Source of the DNA: Vitrella brassicaformis CCMP3155
Taxonomy: Eukaryota > Protista > Chromerida
Length of the DNA stretch: 64,000 bases
Reading direction: 5' to 3'
NCBI GenBank assembly: GCA_001179505.1
Contig: CDMY01000239.1
Location: 62,001 to 126,000, forward strand
The position numbers and the translations under genes were made by a program. This document shows, one piece after another, positions 23,760 through 38,300 of the stretch. Positions within the stretch are counted from its first letter, which is position 1; every line of letters begins with the position of its first letter. The notes beneath the pieces are model-generated. The model searched no databases and was not told the origin of the DNA. It saw nothing but the letters and a program-made list of their open reading frames with translations.

Positions 23760-26700
23760 ATGGAGGATGAGTATGAGGACGACTTTGAGGATGACTTTGA
23801 GGACGAGGAAGAGGCGGTCCAGCTGCCACCCAAACAGACACAACCACAAGCCGCCCCGCCAGCCCTCCACTCCCTCGCCAGGCCTCCCCACTTGGCAGCC
23901 GCATTCACCAGACCGGCAGCAGCCAGCAGATCTCAGGCTCCAGTGGAAGTACAAGCCCCTGTTCAGACCATCAGCAGGCCAAGGACGCCGCCATTCATCA
24001 TGTAAGAGGCAGCGAAGAAACCAACATTTAGTGTAATGAATGCAGCCCAGCCAGAGGGGAGAGGCTCATCTATCTGGAATCTATCATCTATTTATCTCAT
24101 CTCATCTAGCTGTCAAGGCAGATAGACGCCATCCGACTATGTATGTATCGCTCGCTGCTGTCATGTATGTGTTGTGTGTCCAGGCCCCTGGCGGAGTCCC
24201 CCCTTCCAGCCTTCAGAGGTAGGTTGGTGAATGAGTCAGTGGGTGGGGCAGCATGAGCACTATAGCACGGGCAGTCAGCCAGGAAGGAAGCCAGTCGACG
24301 ACGTGGAGTTGGCATGCATGTGTGCAGTTACTGCCGTGCCGACGAGCGCCACTGGCACGCACCGGTTGAACGACCTCAAGAAAGCTGGTACCAGCCAGGC
24401 AGGCAGGCTGGGGTGGGTGGGTGAGGGAATGGACTAGATTCATCATTGACCGACTGAGGAGAGTGCTTGTTGTTGGTTGTTGTTGTTGTTGTTGTCGTCA
24501 GGTGTGTTATCTCGTTGGCAGGTGGAGTCGTTCTCTTCCTACTCCACACTGCCGCAGACTCGCCTGCACCTCCTCAAGACTGGTATGTATGTATGTATGT
24601 ATGTATCTGAAGAGCTGCGTAGCCTGACGGCAGCCAGATACCAACACACACACGCCAGGCGAAACAAAGATGAGCCCAGCCCATTCACTAACTAACTACG
24701 TGCACTGCACTGAGCCGCACTCTACTGTTTTTCTGTCTGTGTGTGTGTCCGGATGCTGCGTGCAGGCAGCGGTCGATACGCTTTCACGCGGTCGGCGCCA
24801 TGCCAGTTGCGGGAGGATGATCAAGAGGTGGGCAGACACACACGTCCACCAACTGGACATACATACAGCTGAGGGAGAATCAATCGGTGGGAGCTTTGTG
24901 GTGAGCGTGTGTGTGTCAGGTTGGTGTTCAGACAGAGCCGTGTGACCGCAGGCACGCATCGTGTCAGTGCCCCGCCCTTGGAGCTGGCGCCGGCGATGCA
25001 GGCGACACGCCGATGCTCACCGGCGGACAGACAGTGCCGCCCACAAGGTATGCCGGGGGGTTAGCTAGCGCCATGATAGATCCGCAGACAGATACATAGA
25101 TACGTACGCAGTCAAGGGTCTTGGTAATGAGACAGGCAGACAGACAACTGCTCTGCTGTTCTTCGCTGCACACCGGACCTTACCTACCTTGCCGTGCTGT
25201 CTGTGATTTTGATTGATTCAGGCTCGTGTCGTTTCTGAAGCGGGCACTACCGCTCATGGAGGTATCACTGCAAGACGTCACAGGAAGGGTACGCACGCAC
25301 ACCCTTCTTGCTTCAAATGGACACACCACACCCCTGTAATCGCATCAACGCGCTGCTTCCTCATTCATTGGTCCCTGCTTGCCTCACTCACTCAGGTCAG
25401 TTCTCGTGAGGCGGCAGATGTGTCCAAGTCCCCAGCGCCAGGCCCACCGTCGCAACACCCACCAGCTAACAGTAGCGGCCCATCGCGGCGGTACGCCCTG
25501 CCGCGTGAGCTGCTGGATGGCCTCTACAAAGCCGCCCCGGGTGCAGCCCCAGGGTCAACCTGGCAACTCGTGCAAGTAGCCCCAGACCACGATGCGGCCA
25601 CCGGCGGCGGCCACAAGGGGGGCGCATCCTCCACGGCTAACAGGTGTCGTAGGGCACTGGAGTGGGAGCCTCTCACGCACAGAGTCGAGGCCGACACGAC
25701 TGGAGGCGCTGCACCAGCCACCCCTTCGGCCGACGACACCGTGCCGTTTCGATCTGGTCGCACCCTCTACGCCCTCTTCTCCCCCTCACAAGTTGGGTGG
25801 CCGTCCAGCAGCGGGCAGCGGAGGTCTGCGCCAGCACCTCCCTCCAAGGCAGACGGGGGGAATACTGACGCTGCGCGGCGACGACAGGAAATATTCGCCA
25901 CAGTCAAGGTAAGTCGGTGGGTTGATATGCCTGCATTCACGGACTCACAGATACATACTACACTGCTCAGAGCAATGTGGCCCGGTCCCCTTGCCTTGCA
26001 TGTGTGTGCATTTCAGACGATCGCTGCCGTGTTTACAATGTGTGACAGTCGACATGCTCGCCAAGAACGGGACTCCTGCATCGATGAGCACCCTACCGGG
26101 TCAGTTTAGTTCACCTCACAAGGGAGTCTGTTGGGGGATCGGAAACCTTCTCAATTCACTCACTCATGCGGTGTCTGCGTGTGTGGGGGGTGTGATTTGA
26201 TGTCTTGCTGGTTTGATGTGTGCAGGTATCTGTACTCGACTGGTCGTGTGGTATGCGTCGCCCATCTGTGTGGCCAGCGTACCAGCGTGCTGGTGGGCGG
26301 CACCGACTGTGGGACACTTGTCTGTTGGAACACCAAGGAGATGGGACACAGTGCCACACGTCCAGACGGGGGCGGCAGCAGCTCCAGTTCGCCCGCCTGG
26401 ACGAGAGAGGAATCCTGGGTGGGCCCCTGCTTCACCACAGGGGACCTGCTCTTCTCGCCGCAGCCCGCCTCCTTCGCCGCAGGTGTCGCCCCCGAAGAGC
26501 TAGATTACGTTGGAGGCACTGACACTCTCGCACTTGGCCTTCACCCCTTTCCAATTGTAAGCCAGGGAGCGAGGCGAGAGGGGGAAACGGAGAGAGAGAG
26601 AGAGAGAGAGATGGATACGTACCTTGAGAGGGCTGTGCACTCACTGGTGCCGGCTGGCTCTTTGGTGTGTGCCGTGCCGTCACTTGTGTGTCAGGCATCT

Positions 26701-28630
26701 GTCAGGACCTCTGCATCGGACGCTGGAGACGGTGGGTGGCACCGCACCCATGTATCCCGTCCGCTCTCTCTCTATATGTCTGTCTGTATGTATATGTGCG
26801 TCATGTCAGGTGTGTTGTTTGCGGTGGATACGGGTGGTGGCATGACGCAGTGGCGATTGGTGGAGTCGGAGGCTCATGGTGAGGGCAGTGCAGCCACCCG
26901 GCTGGTCTTCCTGGGGCACGAACAGGTGCCTTCACCCCCGAACGTCGCACTCAAGAGGAGGCTGGTGGACGACACACTCGACGACCACGGCAACGCGAGT
27001 GCAGCTCTCACATGTCAGGCGGGTCAGGGTAAGCACACGTCACGTCACATCACATCACTCTCTCACTCACTCACCACGGGGCGGACAGGACAGCCTAGTG
27101 ATAGTGTCGATGGATCCCCTGATGCTCTTCCCTCTCTGCCTGTCTGCCTGTCTGCCTGTCTGCCTGTCTGTCTGTCTGTCTGTCAGATGTGGCCAGTGCT
27201 TTTGCTGACGTGCAGGACATTGCCATACCGCCGGGGCAAACCAACCGGTAGGCATGCAATCCAGGGAGGGGAGGCATAAAGACAGACGGCGGAGAAAGAG
27301 TAGAGTTTCCTTCCTCCGATTGGTTTCCCATTCATTCCTGATGTTTGCAGGTGTGTGGTGTTGGTCCATGGTGAGCTTGTGCAGCTGGACCGCACTTCAT
27401 CCCTCGCCAAAACCATCGCACCCGCATGGATACACACACCGGCATTCAAACAAGGACACTCGGTCAGACACAGACAGACAGACAGACAGACAGGGAGGGA
27501 GGGACCATGCCCTCCCTGAGGGGTCTGAATGCCTGCCTGTGTTTGTTTGTCTGTTTGTTTGTCTGTCTGTCTGTGTGTCTGGGAATGTTCGTTCAGGCCA
27601 TCTGTAGCGTGTCGTTTCATCCCCGTCATTCATCACTTGTCCTCGCCCTCTCTGCCAGCCAAGAGATCATGTAATGTAGGCCGGACGGCACGGCCGACCC
27701 GACAGCCAGCCAGCACCATCCACCATGCATCCATCGTTAACGCAGTGTTGTTGCTATTTATTGTTGTCTCTCCTGCCTGCCTGCCTGCCTCTCTCAGGTT
27801 GTTTGATGTGAATTTGGGTGGTGTGCTGTGGCGATCACCATCATTCAGCACACCTCGACCACAGAGGGACGACACCACTCAAGCGGACTCGGGTGCCATC
27901 CAATGGTAGGTGGATGACTCACTCACCTGGACAGAAAGGAGTCAGATTGGCTATCGATCTGCGTTGCGTATTCATCATCTCTCCCTCCCTCCCTCCCTCC
28001 CTCCATGTGTCGCACAATCCATCCATGCATGTTTATCTGTATGTCTGTATGTCTGTCAGGAGCGATGAGCATCCGGCGGGTTTCTGTGTGCTGTGGGGAC
28101 AAAGGCTCGATGTCTGGCAGCTGCAACAAGACCAAACGGTCAGCCAGCCAGCCAGCAGGGAAAGGTTTCTATGTTCTGTGTGTGGCATGTGTGTGTGTTG
28201 GCATGCAATGCAGCGGCCTGTGGGCAGCATTGACCTGAGGAGTCTTTGTGAGGACCAAGACATGGCACATCTCGCCCATAGGAGGAGCATCCTCACACTC
28301 ATGTATGTATGTACACACCGGCCGACACGACACGGCTGCCTGACTGACATGACACCTGCGGCTCTGTGTGTGTATGCTGTGCTATGGGTACGCATCTGTG
28401 TGTGGGTGGGTGCAGTGGTAGTGCTGGCTTGGTAGGCCTCTCCCACGCCATCCTTCAAATCGACCTGAGGTAAGCCAAGCCTGCTTCTACCTATCCCCTG
28501 CTCGCCTGCACACCTGCATGCCGCATGCACCTGGTCAATTATTTGTTTTACTGGCTGCCCGTGTTGCAGGCGCTTCTTGGCCGATGGCCGGGAGCAGCAA
28601 CCGCAGTGGTTGTACAGACTTCTTGCATGA
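23760..28630 (+). CDS. WDR60: WD40 dynein-2 intermediate chain, WDR60/DYNC2I1/FAP163-like
   Basis: MEDEYEDDFEDDFEDE, RSAPCQLREDDQE|VGVQTEPCDRRHASCQCP (light-chain-binding xQT region as in WDR60), VLVGGTDCGTLVCW, PCFTT, SWTALHPS and other WD-type exons. Confidence 0.78.
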
Positions 28631-29050
28631 GAGAACATATATGGCACACCTGCTCGCCGCTCATGTAAATCTCTCTGTAATCGCGATCCACCGCTGAAGT
28701 GGGAGGGAGCGTTGCACGAGAGGTTCTGCTCACCGACCGCCGCTCGGTCGGTCGGTCGGTCGGTTATGGGCTCGTAAATTTCCTCTGCGAGCTTGGCAAA
28801 AGTGGACCTCAAAGTGCTTTGTCTGTTGTCGTTGTTCCGCGTACAAGAATCAAGCATAGCTGAGCTCCCGACTGGTTGTTCTTCAGCTCCTGACGGTGAC
28901 CGTGACCCTTTCTGCGTTTGTGAGCAGACTGTGAGTGAGTCCGCCATTGATGCCAAAGGGCGATTCGCCATCTATCGGACCATCAACAGAGCATCCCGTG
29001 GGCGAGTCAGGCGAGCTCTCTCCTGGTGCAGCCGCAGAGGGGCTGCCGCC

Positions 29051-31867
29051 ATGCAGACTGTCTTCACCAGCAGTGGAGGGGTGCCTGGCAGGGGGGGGAC
29101 CACCGCTGAGACCCTACAATTCGCTGTCAGGATCATCGCTCTACTCACTATAGCCGGTGCCTGCAGAGGGACGGACACAAAGGCACACACAGCACACACA
29201 GCATCTCGGACAGACAGACAGACCGACAGACGCCCTTTTTTCTCCTGTGTGGTGTGCCCCACCAGGTTTTGTCGTGTACTTGGTATCTGGTTGGGTGGAC
29301 AGTGTGCCCCCCGCCCCGCCAGGCGTCGCTGCCACCGACAATCTGGCGGCGGCCGGTGTGGGAGTGGGGGAGGTCCACCACAACCAGGGCAGCGGCAGCA
29401 AGGCCCTCCCACACAAGTCGCTGCGCCGAGCCGCCATATGCACCATGACCAACCCATGCAAGATACAGGTAGGCAGGCAGGCAGGCAGGCAGGGAACCAC
29501 AACGGGTGGGTGGTTATCACACCCAAGCCGCCTGTCTGGCTGTCTGGCTGTCTGCTATTGAATCCATCAGTTGATAGCTGATTTGGACGAGTCGTCTCGC
29601 GACGAGTCGCAGGGCAAACTCACATTCTTCTCCTACCTACAAAGCGGCTACCTTTATCGGTACGCACCCACGCTGGGAAGCTGACTGCTTTGCCCCATTG
29701 GATGGCTCAACCAACATGTGTGTGCTCGTTCGTCCGTCCGTCCGTTCGGTTGTGTGTGTGTGCGGCAGGGTGAGCAATCGTGGCGGTGGGTTCTTCAGTC
29801 TGGGAGGGTCGACCGAGAGCACATCGACATCGACGGCAGTCAACGGCAGCAGTGACAAAGGTGCAGATGGCAAGGAGGCATCCAGGCCGCAGGCGGCGCC
29901 CACCTATGCTGTGGAGTGGGGCGCCAGTGAGCGGGTGGACGGACACCACAACGAGGCCGGCAGGGGCATGGAACTCTCGGAACTGCTACAATTCGACAAG
30001 TGAGTGAGTGAGGACCGACCGGACCGACTTACTTGCCAAGGCGGGCGGAGGGAGGGAGGGAGAACAGCGAACGGGAGGGAGATGGCTGGTGGTGCGGCGT
30101 GTGTGTGTGCAGCGTCTTGTACACGTTTGACGACCGCACAGGGATTGTGTACGAGCTGGACACCAAGAAAGGTATGTATATTACCTACCCACCCACCCAC
30201 CTATCTGATCTGCACACGTAGCGTAGCGACCCGCACACACGGCAAGGCAAGGCAAGCAGCCGGCCGGATACACACATGCAACCCTAAATACGTGTGTGTC
30301 TGTGTGTGTGTGTATGTGGGTATGTCAGAGGGTAAGGCGAGCGTGTACCCCCGGCACATCGTGACTGAGGGTGCTGGCGACACCAACAAGGGCATGAAGA
30401 TTGAGTGGGCCACACAAAAGGACGGCAACCTCTGGATCGGATCCTTCGGCAAAGAATACACCAGTAAGCCAAATACTATATTTACCAAACCACCACACAC
30501 ATGGACAGACAATCAGACAGGACAGGCCAACCAGAGCTAGCAGGCCACCCCCTGCCCTGCCTCTACGTGTGTGTGTGTGCAGATGCCAAGGGTGAGATCG
30601 TCAACGAGAACAACATGTGGGTGGTGGCCCTGGGCGCCAACGGCAAGATGCAGAGGTTCAACTGGAAACCCGCATATGACGCTGTCAGAAGGTATTTACG
30701 TACGGATGGGATGGCTGTACATGGATGGCTAATCAAGTGTGTCGAGATACATACATACATACCCATCACAGCCCATCCCATCCCATCCCTCGCTCTCTTG
30801 CTGGCCTGGCGGCAGAGCTCTGGGCGCACCATATCCTGGGTACTGCATCCACGAGGCAGTCGCATGGAGCGATGACATGCAAAAGTAAGTGCACAGACAG
30901 ACAGACAGACAGACAAACAAGGGGAGAGGAAGGGAGGGGAGACTGCACTGCGTGTGGGAAAGACAGGCCGTCGTCACGTTGTACGGTACGGTGAGCGTGT
31001 GTGTCGGTGGCGTATGTATGTATGTGGTCAGGTGGGTGTTGCTGCCCCGGCGGGTGAGCTCTGACCCCTACGATGATGAACAGGACGAGGTAGCACGACA
31101 CGAGACACAATGAAGGCAGCCAACGGTGTTGCTGTGGGTGCCTGCCTGTCTAGTACCGTGGCTCGAACAAGTTGGTGTTGGCGTCTGAGGACTTCAGCCA
31201 GATAGAGGTGCGGGAGATCGGCGACATCGTACCGGAGAGGGGATACTCTTCATTCGCTTTCATTCCGGGCACCGACGATCAAGTAACCTAATATACACAC
31301 GCACGCACACGACACCAGACACGGAAACAGCGATGGACATATGTACGGACGTACATACTTGGGTTTAATTGATTGTCTGGTTTGTATGGCTGGGCCGGCT
31401 GATGTGGGTGCAATGCATTGCAATGCACTGCAGGTGATCGTAGCCCTGAAGAGTGTCGAGTCAGCCAAGACAAAGACACAGGTACGCACGCACGGTGCAC
31501 ACACAACACACCCTGCCCTGCCTTGCTGGCTTGCTAGGGAGGTAGGTAGGTACCATCCATCCATCCGTGGCTTGACGACTGACTCGCTTGGCTGGCTTCC
31601 TGGTGTGGGTGTGATGTGTGTCCTTCTCTTGTCTCTTTGTGTTGCGTGTCCCACATACAGAGCACGTATTTGAGTGTGTTTCACATCAACGGTGACGTCT
31701 ACCTGCCCGACACCGAGGTGCCCGGCGGATACAAATACGAAGGTCACTCACTCACTGCACACCACACCACACATGCCTGGCCTGCAAATGGCAAACTGAC
31801 CGATTGATTGATCGTGTGAATGAATTGTATATATGCTATGCGTGTAGGCATTGAGATCATCAGCTGA
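29051..31867 (+). CDS. CANT1: Calcium-activated nucleotidase / apyrase (CANT1-like), type II membrane protein; start uncertain
   Basis: TM segment FAVRIIALLTIAG|FVVYLV. Motifs LIADLDESS...FFSYLQSGYL, GRGMELSELLQF, TFDDRTGIVYEL, GMKIEWAT, WIGSFGKEYT, GYCIHEAVAWS, YKYEG|IEII*. Confidence 0.93.
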
Positions 31868-32595
31868 CACGAGCACACAAAGAGACGTGGCTGACTGACT
31901 GATGGGAGGCTGGGTGGGTGGGGTGAGTGGGCTGCCTGCCTGCATTCTGTATCGTGGGATACAGACAGACAGGGGTGAGTGAGGGTAATAAATTAATGAG
32001 TGGACGGCTGGCTGGCTGGCGGACCGGCTGAGGTTAATCTATCTCATGAGGGAGATGCCTGCCAGTGAGGCCGGGCCAGCGTTGAAAGGAAGGGCCGATA
32101 GTGCAGTTAGTTAATGGATCGGTCCGGGGTGGATGGGATGGGGTGGGATGGGCAAATGTATGTATGTATGTGTGGATGATGTACAGCCATGTGTAAGTTA
32201 AGGACTGAATGAATGAATGAGTGTCGGTGGGTGGGGCCGTGTGTGTCTGGACCAGCCATTAGTCTTTCGTGTGCAGCTAAGTGGGAAGCGAGAACCAACC
32301 AACCAACTTGTGTGTTGGGGTCTGGGTCTGTGTCTTGCGTGCTGTGTCGTGTCTGTGTGTATCTCACTCAAAGAATGAATCAACCTACCTACTTACACTT
32401 TGTTGCTCACTGGCCGTGCCCATCCCCGATCCCCTGGCCGGCCTTCAATCCACACGCACTCTCTCACTGTCAGTCTGTCTGTCTGTCTGTACACACACAC
32501 ACGCACCGCATATCATATCAATGATATCTACAATAACCCATCCCTCCCTCCATCCGCCGACACACACTCAGTGTTGCGAGCCCCTCCCTCTAGAG

Positions 32596-34662
32596 CTACA
32601 AGAAGACCACTAACACAGTCACCTGCAGGCACCACACCACAAACAACACGTCGCACACGCGGACACACACATACGTACGGCTGTATGTAATCAGTCACTG
32701 TCTGTCTGTCTGTCGGTCTCCCGCAGTCAGTCAGTATACGTTTGTTTGTCCTGTCTTACGTACGTTGTCCGAGGTGCCTCTGACGAGTGCTTCCTCCACC
32801 AGCATCCGCGACACTATCTCAGACATCATACGGATGTCCTGACAGGACCGATGGATCCGATCCACCGAGGAGATGGATGAACCGACCATATGCATATGTG
32901 TAGTGAGTGTACCAGACGCAACGACCGCTGTTCTTCCTCACTGACTGACTGACTGACCCACCCACCCACCCACCAGGTTGGGCAGGACTTTCTTGAGCTC
33001 CTCCAAACCCTCCATCACCTGAACCAACCAACCAACAGTGAGTGCAATCCATGGATGGGATGGATGCCTCGCGGGCTCTGTGTGTGCATATGTCTGTTGC
33101 CACTCATCTATCTATCTATCCATCTATCTGCCTACCTACCTACCTATCTGCCTACCAAGTTGCACGCTGTTTGGTCGTCGATCACATCCCATAGCTGACC
33201 CGACCCACAATCATACACACACATCATGTATAGGGTGGAGCGAAACAACCCCAGTCCACCCCCTGTGTGTCCCTCCTCTCCCCTCCCCTGCCTGCCTGCC
33301 CCTCCCTCGCTGAGTGACTGGCTGACCCCGTCGCAGGCCACGATCATGAACATGTCCCCCTTCACTACCACCTCCGCTGTCACGTCTGCAGCAACCAGCA
33401 AACAACCACAGGACAAGACCGCATTCATTAATGCATGGCTCGTTCGTTCTGTGTGAATGGGTTAGTGTGGGTGAGGCCCCCCCCCTGGACCCACCGGGCA
33501 CGTTTGAGACGAGGCTCTTCTCCCGCTCGGGGGCCTTTAGCTGGTGATCCCCAAACGCACGGCTGATCGCCAGCATGCCTACACCCGACGGATGGACGGA
33601 CACAAATAGACAACAGATAGAGCCACAGCACCCCGCCCCACACCACCTACCTACCTACCTACCTACCTTGAACTCGTTCGTTGAATACGTATCCGCCGGC
33701 CTGTATGACCCGTTTGGCCTCCTCGGGATCCGTGGCCTTGTGGTCACTCATTGAGGTCAGCCGATGCGCCTTGCCGCCACGACTGCACAGTCCACAAATA
33801 ACACAGGCAGGCCCACCGCGTGTGAATACAGACAGACAGACAGACAGACAGAGAGAACCGGTGTCAATACATGAGTTTCCTTCCTGACTCACTTGAGTAC
33901 GGCTCTGGCGTCTCCGAGGTGTGCGGTGTAGACCTTGCGGACGCCCTTCTCCTCTTGAACCAAACACACACAGGCCGTCGCACCCGACGACTTGACACCT
34001 GCACTGACACCTGCACTTAAGTACCCATCACAATCACACCAATCAATCAGACCGCCGTGCACACCAGTCAGTCAGTCAGTCAGTAGTTAGTTGGCATATG
34101 CATACATACATGCAATCAATAATCCCTTTGTTTATCTATCCATTTATCTATTTGTGTGGTGGATGGGCTGGCTGGGTGGTACATAGCATCCAGCTGTGAT
34201 AGGTGTCCCCTACGTACGCATGTACCCGCGTCCTGCAGCATGTTGTCGTCAGTGGCGATGAATGCACTGATGAGTGCAGCCCTGGGCTCCGCCGCAGGCT
34301 TGCGCAGCTCCTCCAGCACCTTGTCGTGCAGGTGGGTCGTCACGAACTCGACTGCCTCACGACCACCGTGGCCGTCATACATACCTGCAGCCACCACGGG
34401 ACCCACACAGTGAGGGCACACCGCTGTGTTGGCGCTCCTCTCCACTGGCTGCCAACACAAGTGCCCCGGCTGGCTGGCTGGCTGTGTGCCTACCTATCTA
34501 TCTACCTATCTGCCTCCCTCCCTGCGTACCTATGAATGCAGATTTCTTCCTGCCTCCGAAGCAGTCTACGAAGACCCATCCGTCCTCCATCTCGGCCCGG
34601 GTGCCCTGGTCCTCCGCCCACCCCACACATTTGACCGCATCGCACTTGCTCGTATAACCCAT
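32596..34662 (-). CDS. Protein phosphatase 2C (PPM family)
   Basis: RAEMEDG, GMYDGHGGREAVEF, LTSMSDHKATDPEEAKRVIQAGGYVFNERVQ, MLAISRAFGDHQLK, FMIVACDG|LWDVIDDQTAC, GTSDN|VTVLVVFL*. Confidence 0.95.
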
Positions 34663-34851
34663 GAGTCGAGGCGATAGTTAGTGCACAACACGCTAAGCTA
34701 AGCTGCGTTGCATTCATCCATCCCATACACACACACACATGACATGACAGCTGAGGGCCGGTGTGTTCGGCCTCTTTCTTTCTCTAATCCGTATTGCGTG
34801 CTGCATACCTGTAATCGTTGATTCCTTCCGATTTCCTCGCGCTCAAAGCTA

Positions 34852-34870
34852 AGCTCGCAATTGGCGAGCT
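34852..34870. promoter_or_regulatory. Inverted GCGAGCT pair in the PP2C/Rpn2 divergent promoter
   Basis: AGCTCGC-aattg-GCGAGCT, about 70 bp upstream of the Rpn2 ATG. Confidence 0.4.
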
Positions 34871-34939
34871 CGAGAGACGGCCTCCCCGTGACGCAGCTTG
34901 TGGATAGTGTCCGTGTGCGCTGTTGGTTGTGTTGATCTG

Positions 34940-35326
34940 ATGTCGGCGGCTTGCAAGGTTGAAAGGCCCCGTCAGGTGTCGAGTGCGGCCGGCGTGCTGT
35001 CTTTGCTGGACGAGCAGGAGTACTCGCTCCGCGTGCTGGCCCTGCAGAAGCTCAACTCGGTCGTGGACCAGTTCTGGGCCGAGATCGCCGACTACCTCGC
35101 TGACATGTACGTACGCCGACACACTCACACGCATACACGCCGCAGAACAGCACGCAGGACGTCACATCTGTGATTATCTGGGGGGGATTGATGTGTGTGT
35201 GTTTGTGTGTGTGAGTGCAGCGAGAGTTTGTATGAGGATCCCAAGTTTGACCATCGAGAACTGGCGGCACTCGTGGCATCAAAGGTACGGACAACAGGGA
35301 GGGAGGGAGGGAGGGAGATAGACAAG

Positions 35327-35359
<33 letters not shown>

Positions 35360-38300
35360 AGTCAGTCAGCCGAAGCACACACACACCAAAGGTGTGCGTG
35401 TGATTGGCCGTGCCCCCCGCAGGTGTATTACCATTTGGAGGAGTATGACGATGCTCTGCGGCTTGCCCTGGGGGCGGGGAATCTGTTCGTCCTCTCAGAA
35501 AAGTCACAATACGTCCACACTATCATATGTAAGCCGCCTCCCTTCCTCTCTGTCCCCACGTCACTGTGTGTCAATGTTGTGTGTCTTCTTCACATCAATA
35601 TATCAAACCCCTTCCTTGATGGGATGGATGCCATGGATGCTTGACTGACTTGATGTTTGTTTGTTTGTATGTTTTATGTCAATGTCGGTCAGCGCGTTGC
35701 ATCGATGAGTACGTGAGCGAGCGTGTCAAGCACGACGAGGCCAAGGCCAAGGAGGAGGAGGCTGCGGCGCGTCAGGGGGCCCAACACGAGGGCGGGGCTG
35801 CACCGATGGATGTGGACCAGCAGCCCCAGGCGGCCCTCAAGCCCATCGACAGCCGCCTGGAGGCCATCGTTGAGCGGATGTTTGACCAGTGTGTGGAGGA
35901 CCGCGAGTACCGTCAGGCCCTGGGCATCGCACTCGAGGCACGGCGGCTCGACCGGGTCGAGGGCATCATCAAGGCAGCACCCAACACCAGCGACATACTA
36001 CGGGTGGGTCGGTTGGGGTATATGGGTGGGAACACATACACGTGAGGAGGGAGAGATGGAACAGACATAGATCTGATCTGAATGAATGAAGCAGGGGAGA
36101 GGAGAGGTGGGGGTCCCCAGCTGTGTCGTGTCGGACTGAATTATTCGCCTGGTCTGTGTGCGTGACATCTCTGCAGTATTGTCTCCGCCATGCCCAGACC
36201 GTCATACTGTCCAAGCGATTCAGAACACACGTAAGAACGTAGAACCAGGCAGGCAGGCAGGCGACGGATGGCTGACCGAGTTGATCCGGATCCATGCTCT
36301 GCAGACATTTATTTGTGTTGATCTATCTTTATGTGCACTCACTGCAGGTGTTGGAGTTGCTGGTTCGTGTGTACCGTGAGTTCCCCCCCGTTGAGTTGGA
36401 GGGCGAGCTGGCCAACCTCTGCCAGTGCCTCTTCTTCCTCAACGACGTCACTGCTGTGGCCAACATTCTCAAAGATCTCGTCGACAAGCAGGACCAGAAA
36501 CACACCGCTATGGCATACCAAATCGCATTCGACATCGCCAACAACGGTACGCACCGCACCCCACCCACACCACCACAGCGACACGACCTGCCTGCCTCAC
36601 TTGGTGGCTACGTATGTGTGTCATGTGGGTGTCTGTATCTATGGCGTGTGTCAGAGGACCAGCAGTTTTTGAAGGATTTGTTGTCCCATCTGCCGGCCCC
36701 CAAGGTGCCGGAGCCGCCCCAGCAGGCAGCAGCCGAGCCAGCAGCGCCCGCAGAGGGCGCTGAGGTCGCCCCCGCTGCAGCAGAGACAGGCGCCGGGGAG
36801 CCTACGGCAACAACAGCAGCACAGGTCGGACGAAGGGAGGGAGGACGATAGAGACAGACACATAAGACAAGACAAGAAAGGCAGACATGGAAGGTGTGTG
36901 TGTGTCTGGTGTGCAGGGCGAGGGTGGTTCGACTGAGGCAGCGGGTGCGGCTGTTACGGCCTCATCAGGGGAGGCCCCTGCTGCAGATCAAACACAGGCC
37001 GATGCTGAAGGTAAGCAATGAATTCTACACCCTGACTTATCGACCACACCAAAGGACGCGGTCTTTGCCGTCCCTGCATGGGTGTGTGTGTGTGTGATGT
37101 CTATGTAGTGCTGCCGGCCGCGAGTGGTGAGGGCGCGGCGGAGGCCGTCGCAGAGACCACTCAGGAGGAGACACCCGAAGACAAAAAGGTGCATTTTACA
37201 CTCCACCAATTCCACCAACACATCCATTGGTTTAGTGCGATCGATATGCATGTATCCCACTCGCTGATCTGATTGATTGGCATTGCAACCATTGCTCCCT
37301 CACCACCCTGGTGTGTGTATGTATGGATGGATTGTGTGTCATGTGGTGCGGTGCGGTGCGTGTGTGTGTCCAGCTGCGTCTGCTGCGTTACATCTTGGAT
37401 GGCGATGCGGCCATCGACCTGCACCTGCTCTTTCTCAGCCAAAAGTGCAAGGCGGACCTACAGCTGCTCGAACACATCAAGGTAGGTAATCTATCATCAT
37501 ACACACCACACACAACCACATCCATCACAGACACACAGACACAGGGGCGGACGTGGCTGTGATAGATATATGTGGTGTGTGGGTGGCTTACTGCACTGCA
37601 CTGCTGCTTTGCTTGTGTGTCAGAATTCGGTGGATCAGCGCAACTCGATATCCCACAACGGCATCGTCATTGCACACAGCATCATGCACGCAGGTCAGGC
37701 GCGGTCAGGCAGGCAGGGAGGCAGTCCACCACCCCACACACGCACACACAACCAAGGGCCCCAACCTGTACAGTACCTCATGTGTTTGCGGGCCACTGCC
37801 TGCCCTGCCTGTCTACAGGCACAACTGAGGATGAGTTCCTTCGCAAGAACCTCGACTGGCTCGCTAAAGCTGGTACCTACCTCTCTGCATGCCATGCACC
37901 GCACCCATACACACATTACACAAAGCCCCCTTCCCTCTATCGAGCGGTGGACGTGTCTGTGGTCTGTGTGTGTGGCTATGCATGGATGGCTCAGTGAGTT
38001 GGGCCAAGTTCACGGCGACGGCGTCGTTGGGTGTGATCCACAAGGGCCACTTCAAGAACTCCATGAAGGTCCTCGAGCCATACCTCCCACAAACAGCACG
38101 TAAGCTAAGCTGACACACATGTGCGATGCGCACGCCTCCAAAGACACACACACGTACGGTACGTGGCTCGGCTCGCATGCACATGTGTGTTGCGTGTGTG
38201 GCTGTGCTGTGGTGTATTGCCATGACTGCAGCCCAGCCCGGTGGTTACTCTGAGGGCGGTGCGTTGTATGCGTTGGGGCTCATCCACGCCAACCACTCCA

